Assembly (NCBI GenBank): GCA_965235115.1
Contig: OZ249436.1
Span: 28,646,001-28,710,000, forward strand
Direction: 5' to 3'
From: Laetmonice hystrix
Taxonomy: Eukaryota
DNA length: 64,000 nucleotides
Every line of letters begins with the position of its first letter. Position 1 is the stretch's first letter. The notes beneath the pieces were generated by a model. It was not told the DNA's origin and did no database searches. It saw nothing but the letters and a program-made list of their open reading frames with translations. Made by a program: the position numbers and the translations under genes. Positions 23,828-35,600 of the stretch are shown one piece after another.

Positions 23828-25714
23828 GTGGGGGCGAAGTCAAACACCCTCCAGATAATTGCAACGGATGACGGTGACGATACACCCGAATTAATAAATA
23901 CAAGTGTTAACGGGTCCGACGCCGAGATCACAAACAGTTCTGATGCGTGTGCCGCAGGGGTTGATCTGCCGTCAACAAAAGCACACCCATCAGCGGTCCC
24001 CGACGCCAACCAGCATACCTGCTATGTAGACCGTCGTGGCCACCAAGTAGACGGGGAAAACAGTCACGAAAATAACACTCAATCAATGAGTACGGGCGAC
24101 AACCGACTCAAGGCGGGCCTCAGCCACAATGAGGTCAACTACAGTGCGCCAGCACAAAATGGCTCAAGCCAATCACAACAAACGGACCTCACAACACAAG
24201 TGAGCAGTGCCCACCTGGCAGTCTACCGGTTAGACGACAGCCACCCGATGACCCCGCGTCATGACCCCCTGAGGTCAAACATTACACATAAGCAAAGCAA
24301 CATCGAACATCACAATCTCCCAGCGTTCATGCAACGCATCGGATACCCATACATGGCTCTCCCACCAGTAGAGCACGAAGACAATCGGCCTTGGGAGGTA
24401 GATGCGTCATACAGTCCTACAGCTGACGGTGACCCATACGATCACCCTGCAGTCCCGGACTTCTCCAAATGGCCCTTCCCCGCGAAAGACTTACCTCACG
24501 ACCTGGCATACATATATGACCTAGTCAAGGCTCGGGGATGTCGCAACTATGCTGGCGCACAATTGGAACTACCAACATGCCTCAACATAAAGAAATGGGA
24601 GGAAAACTGCACGGGACATCCAGACGACCTCATGGTCATCAACGGAACAAAACATGGATTTTCCCTACAATTTCATGGCTCTCCGAAGTACAACTACAAA
24701 CCGGACAACTATCCGTCAGCTAACCGGTACACAAAACAAGTACACGACTACATGGACACGGACGTCGGCCACCAGGCAATTGGTGGTTCCTATTCGACGC
24801 CACCGTTCACCCCCTGGTGTGTTGTAAGCCCACTAATGACGAAAGAGAAGTCAGAACAAGGAAAACGCCGCACAAAAGTCGACCTCTCCTTTGCTGATGG
24901 TGGCATCAACAAGGACATCACATCACATCGGTTCAACGGCCAAGCAGTAGAGCATACGCTCCCTACCATAGATGACGCCATCAAGATCATCACTGCCATC
25001 GGCAGACAACGCGCATACCTGTCAGTGACGGATCTCCGACGCGCGTACAGACACTTTAACGTTTGTCCACTAGACTGGCCACTCCTAGTGATCCACACGA
25101 ACAAGGGATACTATTTTGACAGGTCACTCCCGTTTGGGGCCAGAATGTCTAGCTATGTAATGCAAACGGCATCACAATTCATTGTTAGAGCCCTGGCCAT
25201 CCGTGGCATCACCGCTCGCATCTACCTCGATGACAGCTTATGTATCTCAGTAGGTGGGAGAATGGCCAATGCACAATACACTGAGATCTGCGAATTTCTC
25301 ATAACACTGGGATTAACGCCAGCCCCCAACAAAGCTCAGCCACCGGCTCGTAACATCACATGGCTCGGCATTAACATTGACCTTGATGCCAATATTCTCT
25401 CAATACCGCAACAAAAGCTTAACCAAATTAAAGACTCTTTGGCCCAAAAATCAAAACAAAAAACTTTGTCCCGGAATGACCTGCAATCGGTTGCTGGCCT
25501 AGTTAACCATCTGGCCAAGGTGGTCAGGCCGGTCCGTACGTTCATGGGCAGACTGCTCGCAGCTCTACGACGAACACATGACGGCCCTATAGAAGCAGAT
25601 GCCAGCACACAGGCAGACCTTTCGTGGTTCAGCAGATATCTAGTGGACTACAATGGCAAGCACATCATTCCAGACGTGAAGGTCAGCAAGGTCATCGCAG
25701 CCGACGCAGAATGA
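23828..25714 (+). CDS. Ngaro reverse transcriptase, truncated at the start of RNase H
   Basis: Motifs SPLMTKEK..RRTKVDLS, DLRRAYRH, LPFG, YLDD and WLGI. The frame ends immediately after VIAADA, the first RNase H Asp motif. Confidence 0.9.
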   Translation: MGAKSNTLQIIATDDGDDTPELINTSVNGSDAEITNSSDACAAGVDLPSTKAHPSAVPDANQHTCYVDRRGHQVDGENSHENNTQSMSTGDNRLKAGLSHNEVNYSAPAQNGSSQSQQTDLTTQVSSAHLAVYRLDDSHPMTPRHDPLRSNITHKQSNIEHHNLPAFMQRIGYPYMALPPVEHEDNRPWEVDASYSPTADGDPYDHPAVPDFSKWPFPAKDLPHDLAYIYDLVKARGCRNYAGAQLELPTCLNIKKWEENCTGHPDDLMVINGTKHGFSLQFHGSPKYNYKPDNYPSANRYTKQVHDYMDTDVGHQAIGGSYSTPPFTPWCVVSPLMTKEKSEQGKRRTKVDLSFADGGINKDITSHRFNGQAVEHTLPTIDDAIKIITAIGRQRAYLSVTDLRRAYRHFNVCPLDWPLLVIHTNKGYYFDRSLPFGARMSSYVMQTASQFIVRALAIRGITARIYLDDSLCISVGGRMANAQYTEICEFLITLGLTPAPNKAQPPARNITWLGINIDLDANILSIPQQKLNQIKDSLAQKSKQKTLSRNDLQSVAGLVNHLAKVVRPVRTFMGRLLAALRRTHDGPIEADASTQADLSWFSRYLVDYNGKHIIPDVKVSKVIAADAE

Positions 25715-26155
25715 CGTCATGGTGACCCGGGCGGGGCTGCCCCTGCTCAAATGGACTAAGACGATGCAGAAGTCCTCACAACCACAGGTGATCCTGCTCC
25801 CGGACACGGCTACATCGGTGCTGTGCCCACGCTACGCCTATGAGGATCTCATAAAGGCTGACCCCCCGGCCTCGGTCTGCCTCCCATTACTCCGTCTCCA
25901 GGATGGGAACCCTATCCCAGTCAACCACATCGCCCGACAGTGGGCCGTCCTCCTCCGCGCCGTGGGGGCGGCTCCAGACGCCCTCTCTTCAGACGTCTTC
26001 GACGGGGAAGAGCGTCGTATGCACACCACACTGGGGGAGCCGCCCTCCCAGACATAATGGCCCATGGCACTTGGGCGTCGAGTGCTGTCTGCACCTACCT
26101 CACCCCCGCCAACTTCCAGCTCACCTCCGCCCATAAGGCCATCAAGACCATGTAA
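25709..26155 (+). pseudogene. Tyrosine recombinase C-terminal half, frameshifted
   Basis: DVMV..LLKWTKTMQ and LCPRYAY, then after a frameshift near 25985 RRLRRGRAS..DIMAHGTWASSAVCTYL (H-x-x-R-like box, H/W, catalytic Tyr). The N-terminal half is absent. Confidence 0.8.
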
Positions 26156-27536
26156 TAAATAAGTTTTGGCCTCATCAACGATTTCTTTTAACACCCATCA
26201 TGGGCCAATATACCATCCCTTTTTATCGTTGTAATGCCATCATGGCCCTCTTACCCCGGTCCACCTGGACATGGTTTTTGTATTTTATTATTTTACCCAA
26301 CCATATACAATAAACATTTATTTTAAAGCCGCCTCCACTTATTAATGAGGCGAGTAATAAAATGACTATTTGATTACCGGTCATTATGGCAGGAGTCGGC
26401 CCCGGTTCCTAAATCCCTCTCGTTCCTCTCTCACTCCCACATACGTCACCTGCCCGATATCCGGGCACCAACACTTCAATTCTGAACTGACTGCGGAGGG
26501 AACCGGACGTTTTCCCACCCGCCCACTCCTGCCTCATCAACGATTTCTTTTAACACCCATCATGGGCCAATATACCATCCCTTTTTATCGTTGTAATGCC
26601 ATCATGGCCCTCTTACCCCGGTCCACCTGGACATGGTTTTTGTATTTTATTATTTTACCCAACCATATACAATAAACATTTATTTTAAAGCCGCCTCCAC
26701 TTATTAATGAGGCAGATACGTGCTCCATGACATCTCATGTTGCATTTAACATGATTGCGATCAGTGGATGACTGCCTGGTCGCTATATTTAATTAAAACA
26801 CTGATTAGCAGGTATATCGCATTACAGAAAAACCATTGACGGGGCATTGAAAACACAGGGGATTTGAAAATGAAATTTGTGTGGTCACCCTGAATATGAA
26901 TTCATGATAACGTATTAATCATCAAATTGCTTGGACCCCAAACCTTCTATGCGGGTATTCGGCTAATAATAATAATTAATATATACCAACATTGCAAAAG
27001 ACATTTCGTAATTTATATATTGTGTGAACGGCATCGTTTCGATATATAGGTTAATATGGAAGAATCCTTATAAAGCTGACAGGATTACCAATTCCAATGC
27101 ATAGATTCGCTGACATTTTACAAGCGCCAGTGCCCGCCTTTGTATTCGGTAGTATTGCGTTCGTTTGAGGCAGTCGGGTTATTCCAGCTGGGCCCATTGT
27201 TTACCATCTTAAGGATTCTCATCAAAGCGCCAATGAATTGGAATCGGGGGCGTTTCTAGCGACGCTTTCTGTTCGCCTTCACCAAGCGGGGGTCCCCATC
27301 AATGGGTGGACCAAGATGGTATGGCGCGGGAGGTAGCTATAACCTTCCTGACGGCGAATGAATGCGTGTCATTCATCAGGTTGGAATATCCTGATAGAGC
27401 ACTCACACTTCTGAGATGTTTGGAGAAGCACGGCATAGAGGCAGTGTGTATTGTGGTGTATAGTGAGAGAAGCAAACAAATTTGCATTTTGACGTATAAT
27501 GATTGTTTAAACAAAAGATTATAAATAGGCCTACAT

Positions 27537-28167
27537 CTAAGGCCGTGTTCACACTAGGGAAATCTGCCGGCAAATACCCGCTATAGCGGGGGCGCTTCAG
27601 GTGTGAACGCGCTTACCCGAGGTAAATTACCCGCGGTAAGCTGCCGAGATATCTCGGTTGGAGGGAAGGAATAGCTCTGCCGGCAGAAATCTTACCTCGG
27701 GTAGCTGTAATGTGAACGCGGGATTCGCCGAGAGCAGCCACCGGGGGGCATTACGAGCGCATGGTTATCGCTGAAACTCTAGCGCAAGGAGTATTTCATA
27801 AAATTCTTACACCCTACACCTTCACTGAACACCTCAATTTTATTTATAGGCCCCCTATTGCATTTCTCTAAAAGTAGAGGCCCCCAAGCAACCTCACACT
27901 CCCCGCTGGATTAAATTACCATGTGTGTAAAATAAGTCTGTTTTCAAGTGACGTATTTAGTTCTAATGAATTTGATGAAATTCCACTTTTTTCCAAAACA
28001 TATCATGTGTAGGTTCCTCGGGAGCTCACTGCGCTATATGATACCGGCAGGAAAGTTCCCGCGGCAAAACGTGGGTAGTCTGAACTCTGATCTTTATCAG
28101 ACCTTAGATCTATCATTTCTGCCGGCAGAAGCTCTCCCGGCAACTATAGGTGTGAACACGGCCTTAG
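27537..28167. mobile_element. Harbinger-like MITE
   Basis: Inverted termini CTAAGGCCGTGTTCACAC / GTGTGAACACGGCCTTAG; internal TGTGAAC and TGCCGGCA repeats. Confidence 0.75.
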
Positions 28168-28369
28168 TAAGAAGCGTTATTTATGGGCGACATTAATGCC
28201 CTCAATTCTAATACCTTTTCCTTTTATGCCTATAAATGAAGTATGCTATATCATTTTCATCAATGACGGCTTACTGTACATTCAGACGATGGGAGCATAT
28301 TTCAGACACACTAACAAGATCTTGGGGACGGTCTCAAAGGCCCCTTTAACGCGGCCCCAACGCCCACGT

Positions 28370-28700
28370 GAGTGAGTGAGTAGTTGGTGTTTAACGCCCA
28401 GTCAGCAGTATTTCAGCTATTTCAGGGCGAGAACAAGGTAACTAACTCAGTCGGTGAAATCCATTGGGTGATAATGAGATGATAGGAGGAAACCTGGCAT
28501 CGGGGCGAACCCCTACTCTTATCGATAGGTGCCAAGGGATCTTTAACGTGCCCCTCCACATAGACGTATCGTGACACGGCCGGCCTTTGATAAAGCAGTC
28601 GGCAGCACTGCTTATGCAGGAAAGTCCGGCGCGGCCGCGGATCGAACCCAGGACCCTTGGATCAAAGGTCCCGTGCTCTAACCACTGCGCCACCCCGGTC
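28370..28700 (-). mobile_element. tRNA-derived SINE, full length
   Basis: Minus-strand head with Pol III A box TGGCGCAGTGG and B box GGTTCGATCC, an (ACTC)n tail, and a 15-bp TSD CCCCAACGCCCACGT at 28355-28369 and 28701-28715. Confidence 0.9.
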
Positions 28701-29407
28701 CCCCAACGCCCACGTCTGCCTATAATAGATCGTGGGTCACCATCACCCTGTGGAATCGAAAGTCTGAAATCGATAGGGGTCATTATAAAGGTATTTGATC
28801 TCTGAAAGGGCCTTGACTGCATGTTTCAGATGTGTTACATTCTTTAGGCTAACTGTCACTGAGGCCTATATGCCTATTGTAGGACCTATATAGGTAAAAT
28901 AAATTTACAATAAGGGTTAAGGTGTAACCCTTATACAAATGTAATGTAAATCCTTTTACGTGAGTAAGAATACGAGTTTTCAAGTCCAGAATGTAGGCCT
29001 AGCTCGTACAGAAGGCATTTGTTGCGGCTTTCTCGCGCGTGGACAGACAGTTTGTCGTAAAGGACATGTACACACACGGTATAGCGCGCACATCATGTCT
29101 ACACTTTGATCCCCGTCATGAATAATTCCCGGGCGATTTCACTGGTAGGGGCAAGACGATCAGGTTCGGGATAACAGCCCTTCTACTTGACTAACGAAGT
29201 GCTTCGTCGCTCCGTCTCTGCCGAGCTATAGCCTTGCACGGCCGGGAGTCGGAGGGCGAGGCAATCAGCACCGCAAATAGACGCCGCATCTATAAGATAG
29301 TGATCACATCTATACCATTAACACCAGATCCGTCTCAATTATTCAACAGAAACTGTCAAGGCACAAACTTTACAACTTTACATTTCGAGTTGCTGAAAGG
29401 TTCTGTG

Positions 29408-29508
29408 TCCCTCCCTCCCTCCCTCCCTCCCTTCCTCCCTCCCTCCCTCCCTCCCTCCCTCCCTCTCTGTCTCTCTCTATATATATATCTCTATCTCCCT
29501 CTCTCTCT
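29408..29508. repeat. (TCCC)n / CT / TA compound microsatellite
   Basis: Seen directly. Confidence 0.9.
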
Positions 29509-32500
29509 TTCAGGTGAGAGATACCTGGTATGTATAGACCCATAATTATCACTATCAAGTAGGAAAAACTTCGTGAGGTCCTGTACACTTTATGTAGAGG
29601 AGGCTAGTCCCTAGTGACTCGTATCGTAATTCCGCGTGAGACAGATGGGTCCCAGTCATGTCGCCTATTAAGCTGTCAGAGATTAGGCCTATAGAAAACA
29701 TGGCAATTATTTTAAGAGAGCCGGAACATTCGCATGAAACTGTAGCTTGAAGCTTATAATCCTACCCTATAATTATAATGCATAGCAGGGCCGTATCCAG
29801 AAATTGGTTGGGGGGGGGGGGGGGCTAAGTTTAGGTAGCTCAGAGATGGCCTTATGCCATGCTCCTCGGGGAATTAAAAAAAAACAACAATAATTAATGC
29901 AATCTCAGAACGTTGCTGTTTGGAACTATGACGATTTCCTTTAGTTTGGTTAAAATTATGCGCTTTTTATACACTCCTGTTTTACAAAAATGTCCTTAAA
30001 AGAAACGTTCACCGCCAGTGTGTACAGGCCAGGCACACAGGCCGTGATATTCTAAGCAATTTAAAAAAGATTTGAACACAATATTGGGGCTCTAATAGTT
30101 AAGATATAAGCACTTTAGTGCCGGAGCCTGCTTATAGCCTGCTCCGCTGGTGTTGGCCGCCATAGCGTCTGCTCCTTGGGCTAATCTCAAACTGCGCATA
30201 CTCGACTACTGGCTGCTCTCCAGTTTGGGAGGAACGAAAAACTGACGCACCTAGTACCCATGTCAGGGGATATATCCGGGTGGACACGGATCTGGGCAGC
30301 CGTGGGTTTCGGCCACCTGCATTCAATTCGTCCCGGTCGGAGGTGTGATGTTGATGGAGCTCAGCACCACTGGGGCCGGGCCCGACTCTGACTACCACCG
30401 CGGGTAGTTGCAATGTCAGCACCACCGTCAGGGTACCAATCAGAAAAAAAAGCAAAATTTTGCTTTCTCAGAATGCAGGAAATTTCAGGAAATGACATTT
30501 CAGAGACTTTAGATGTTCAAAATATTATTGTCCGGGGGCATGCCCCCAGACAGCCTACCAGGGCTCGGCCCCCCTTATAATTCCAACCGCCCCCCCCCCC
30601 CCTTCCAAAATCCTGGATCCGCCCATGTGACCCCCGTCGATTTGCCCACCTGCCTCGGCTGCCTTTACTTTAGTCTATAATCTAGCCTAGCCCCGGCATG
30701 CAATAGATGGGCACAAGAACGTCACTTACTTCCGGCCAAATGGCTGCGCCGTTGAAGCCAGTGATTTTGACACGGTTGTCATTTTCAACATAATGACTTC
30801 TTGGAATGGGGGGGGGGACATTTATTTCCAACCACTACTCTGAATAGAGGCCTTGCAGCTGTCCAAATGTGATTTTTGACTGGACTTCTCCTTTAATAGG
30901 CCTATAGTAATATTTTTTAAGGGGGCGGATTTCCTGAATAGGCTACTTGGAAACCTACGTCATAGTGGGGACTATCGGTATAGGCTTATGGGCCTCGCCG
31001 CGAGCAGGGTTCCCATGCAGCCACTCTGGAATTGGGAAACCCTTGAAAGTGCGGTTCCATTTTTCCAGTAGTCAGGGAAACTCAGGGAATCAGGGAAAAA
31101 CATAAAAAATCAAGGGAAACTCAGGGAATTTGACAGTGCCCCAGAAGGGGAAGGTTTTCGTCAGTTAATTCAATTTGGCGTGCACGTGCATCTGCAGTGT
31201 GTCCTTTTTGAGGTTTCACGCTGACGTCACTGCTGTTTATTCTGCTGGTCAAATGACAATCTACATCCCCATGGCTGGCAAAACGTCAGCATCTCAGTGA
31301 TAAAGCATTATTTTTGCTTATTTTTCAGAATATTTTGTCGATTTATGTGTACATGCTACCAACAAAAAACGGAATGTATAGGCCTACCTGCGAAATAAAC
31401 CAGCGCGGTGGTAATTATTACTATAAATCAGGTATTTTTCGCGTGTGTTTTAGTTTCGCGATTTCGCGTTTTCCAAAAAAAAAAAAAAACAAACAAAAAA
31501 AAAAAAACGCGAAATTAATTAAGAAACGCCAAATAAGCAGGAAAAAAGAAAAATTATCTAACCCCAGTAACTCCCCCTAAATCCGCCACTGATAGGCCTA
31601 CTAGGCCTATATCTTTTACATAGGCCTAGGCCTATTTTGATGAACAAACAACAAGGAAAAGAACAACAAGGAAAAGAACAAGGAGAAAAATTACTTCGTA
31701 ACGGGGGGGGGGGGGGGTGGATTTCCAGGATTTCACTAAAAGCTACTAAAGGGGGGGGGGGGGGCACAGAAAAGCAATTCATGATTCTTTGCATTACTAA
31801 TTAAAGCTCATGCTCTTGAATAACCAGATGATATCATGTTCCAAATATTATGACATTGGCATAGGCCTAAATATTATAGTAATTAGGCCTACAGTCAAGA
31901 AAAGAGTGTTCTTTCTTGAGTGTTTTTTTGGCCCACCCGATATAGGCCTAGATTCTAGGCCCTATCTATGCCAGATACATAGGCCTAGAGATCTATCGGG
32001 GTTTCCCTGCATGAGATACACCGTCAGTGTTAAAATTAATTTAAAATGAGTAGGCTATATAGCCGTGTAGGCTATAGGCCTAATTAGTGAAGCTAAAGGG
32101 GGGCACGTGCCCCCTCTACCCCCCTCTGGATCCGCCTTTGGGGTGCAGCCCGAGTAGGCCTAACTCTCCCTAAATCCGCCATTGATAGGCCTAGGCTACT
32201 AGGCCTAGGCCTATGATATTTTTTTTTTACATAGGCCTAAACAACAAACAATTTTTTTACTAGAGGCCTAGTTTGATGAACAAACTAGGCCTAGGGCCTA
32301 CGACAATTAGGGCCTAACAACAACAAGAAAAAGAACAAGAAGGAAAAGAACAAGAAGAAAAAGAAAAAGGAGAACTGTCCCGATCTATTGGTCGTCCATG
32401 AAGTAGGACCAAATGAGTGTTGGTAGGACGCTCTGGTACCCCTCTAGCGGCATCTGTGGGAAACGTGTTCAAACGGTGATGGGGTAGTTTTAACCGGTCT

Positions 32501-32613
32501 ATGTTTCACCTTGTTTGAAAGCGTATTACTACATCCGGTTGAAGTTTGATGGAGGAAATTGTTTTATTTCTCGGTCGTCTTGTAGGCCTAATGTTTGGCG
32601 AGTAGTGACTTGG

Positions 32614-35600
32614 ATGATGGATATCACCATCAGGATCCTAAAGGGCAATGACGGGGCCGTGGACTGGACCGTCAATTCAAAAAATGCCACCTTTCGGGAA
32701 GCTGTGGTGAGTGAAATTTTCTGTGAAACTAATTATGATAAATTACTTACTGCAATACTGGTCAGCAATATGATTATCAATAGCAGTGGGCCGATATCAG
32801 TGGCTACCAGACTCCAGAGCCTAGTTTATACCTAGTAGATAGGCTCTGGTGCTACCCAGGGGCAGGGCAGAGGGGACTAGTCTACAGTGATCTGGAAAAA
32901 ACTAGCAAGCCACTTTGCCTGATTTTCAGAAAATTGGGAAAACAAAACAAACCATTCCTGGGATTTAAAGGTGCTGCAAACAAGCGACAACTAGTTTTTT
33001 TCAGGTCAAGAACTATATCTAGATGGACTGTTAATATTATGACGATCATGGGCATGGTCGATGGTGATATTGTCACGTCACAGTAGACTTTGGGAAAAGC
33101 ATGTTGTGACAGTGATAATATTGTGACATCACGGGCACGGCAGTCTTTATCAACAGATCGGGTTCTAATCTATTGTAGGCTGTGTTTATGGTGTCTGGAC
33201 GTTTCAAGCGCGAACCAGTTCGAGCGCCAACCGCTTTCGAGTGCCGACGCCGACCACTTCGAGCGCGACTATTTCACAACTCGGCCTGTATTTCACAACT
33301 TCCGTTCTCAGAAGTCGGCAAGAATTGTATCCCTATCTTTCGTATGATGATACTAGGCTATTATTCATATTGCGACACTGACAGGGCCCTCCCTACGCAC
33401 ACTCAAACGGGGCCGCGCTCAACTGTCTCAATTGAAATCTACCCCCGATCGAAATCAGCCGTGGACAAGAGGGCATAGGATGCAGGCGGCTCCGCCGGCG
33501 GAGCCCCGCTCAACTCGTTGCCGCTCGAACTGGCAACGGACCAGCGCTCGAACTAGTCCGCGCTCGAAACGTCCTGGGACCGTGTTTATCACCATTTTCA
33601 CTTTGGTCAAGCGGCCATAAACTGCATTGATTGGAGGTTACGTTTCTGACAGGTGATTTCACGTGAATAGTAGATATAGGTAGAATCAAACAGAAAAGTC
33701 ACTAAATGTTTGGAATCTGCTTATAAGAGTGGCAGATAAGGAAGCGGTTTGTACAATTGTAGATTCTCATGTGTTCAGAAAATTTGAATTTCGATGCAGT
33801 GCAATTTAAGCCAAACAGATTGCTCTGATTTTCTGGCTCCGTAATAGTAGCTAAACCTCCATGGATTTCTGGGTCCAGTTTATGCAACTTTCTCACAATC
33901 TTCCATAATGCAGAGGGGCTCGCTGCACTACCCCTCTGCCACACATGACTTTTTACGGGCAAAATTGGGCTCCTACGTTTAACCCCGTTTTTGTAAAGTC
34001 GGCCTTCCTGTTTGGTCAGGGGTCGAAAATCTTTTCTGAAGGCTTGGTGCCCTGTCGGGCACCTAGTTTCCACCCATATTAGAAATCTTGGTGCCCGGCA
34101 ATTCTGAGTTGGTGCCCAGCCATATCTGTGTTCAATGGCATTTTGTTAAAGTGTCAATTTCTAAGGTTTATATTTTATTGAAAAGTAGAAAATAAGGGTA
34201 AAGAGCATATTAGTAATTAGATAATAGGGCCAAGTCACCCATTTATAACTTCATATTGTCATACTGTCGACATGAGTACATGCATGATTGTAATGATGTC
34301 GTGCACTGGCCTGAGTCATTTGAATGTGCCCAACCGGGCACTTTCTTTTGTGACAAAATCCTTTTTTAGGTGCCCTGATAAAAATTTTGGTGCCCATGGG
34401 CACGTGGGCACGTGATTTTTCTAGCCCTGGTGGTATCTGTAAAATTTAACGTACCTCTAAATCCCAAAACCGAGATTATACCAAGTGACATTCAGGGGTC
34501 CCTCAAACAGCAGTACCCAGCGTGTGACAGATTAAATAAAGTGAACGATCTCTGTCCGGAGAGTGACGTTCTCGATTCCTTGGGTATAGAGTTCCCTTCG
34601 CAGCTCGCTGTGCTAGCTATAAACTAGTAAAAGTTTAGCCAGTGTCAGCTGCCAAATTCTATTCCTATCAGGGGTAGATTTCGCGCGGGATTTTTTAAGA
34701 CTTAGGAGTCAGCAGAATGTGGGAGTCCACTATCCTATAGGAAATACAATTAGGTGGCTGGATGTAAAAAAAAAAACAATTACAGACGGTGTTATGCCAT
34801 AATAGTTTGGCATAAACAATCGAGTAATCAAGCCATGAATGGGGGGGGGGGCTGATTGAAACGTATCAGCCTTGTGTTGTGACCCCTGCTGAGTAGCAGA
34901 TATTCAGTTCACCCTGACTCAGACGATCATCACCTGGTCCTGGGTTAAAATCTGCCTCAGTCTGTGTGTAAATATCTAGGAGACAGCCGGACTCATGGTC
35001 AGGTGGCTGCCAGGAGTCCGTCCCAATTTTTGAGAGTCTCGGACTCACGGACTGCACTTTTTTTTACACATCTATGATGAGGCATTCACAGGCCTCGAAT
35101 TAAAAGTTAAGAGGGGCACGGCAAAAATTGCCATAGAGGGCCTTGTTAAAAGGAGGGCACCACAGCATTTTCAAAAAGTTTTGAAGGGCACCAGGGCAAA
35201 TTTACTTTTGCTAGGGAGGGGCACTAAGGCATTCACAATTAGATCTGAAAATATCAATGTCAATGTCTTTGAAAGTGATCCTGAAGAATAGCTAGAGGAA
35301 TTTAACGAGGTTGAATATAGAATAAACTTTGCTAAGGTTGTAAGTTTGTAGAAAGTCGGGTTATTAAGATTGTTAGAGAGTGGGTTGTTATCTGGCCTGC
35401 CTCCACATAAGGGCACACAACAGCAAAGGAAAAGGGCATCACGGCACTGGACTCCCGTCGATGAGGCAAAAAGAAGGAGGGCACCATGGCAAATGGAAAG
35501 GGGACGACAGCAATTGACATCGAAGCCGTCGTGTAATTCGAGGCCTGCATTCATGAAAAGAATAATCAAGCTTGTGCAGTGCATGAACATAAGCTCTTGT

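Larger units (their letters stand above)
22162..26713 (+). mobile_element. Ngaro-type tyrosine-recombinase retrotransposon with split direct repeats (A1-ORFs-B1-A2-B2), internally deleted
   Basis: A1 22162-22328 matches A2 26348-26514 (167 bp). B1 26169-26351 matches B2 26531-26713 (183 bp). The repeats enclose a gag-like ORF, an RT ORF and the YR C-terminus. Confidence 0.93.

Noticed and set aside
28630..28700. Functional tRNA gene
   Set aside because: The stems are imperfect, and the head continues into a SINE body with a microsatellite tail and a TSD.
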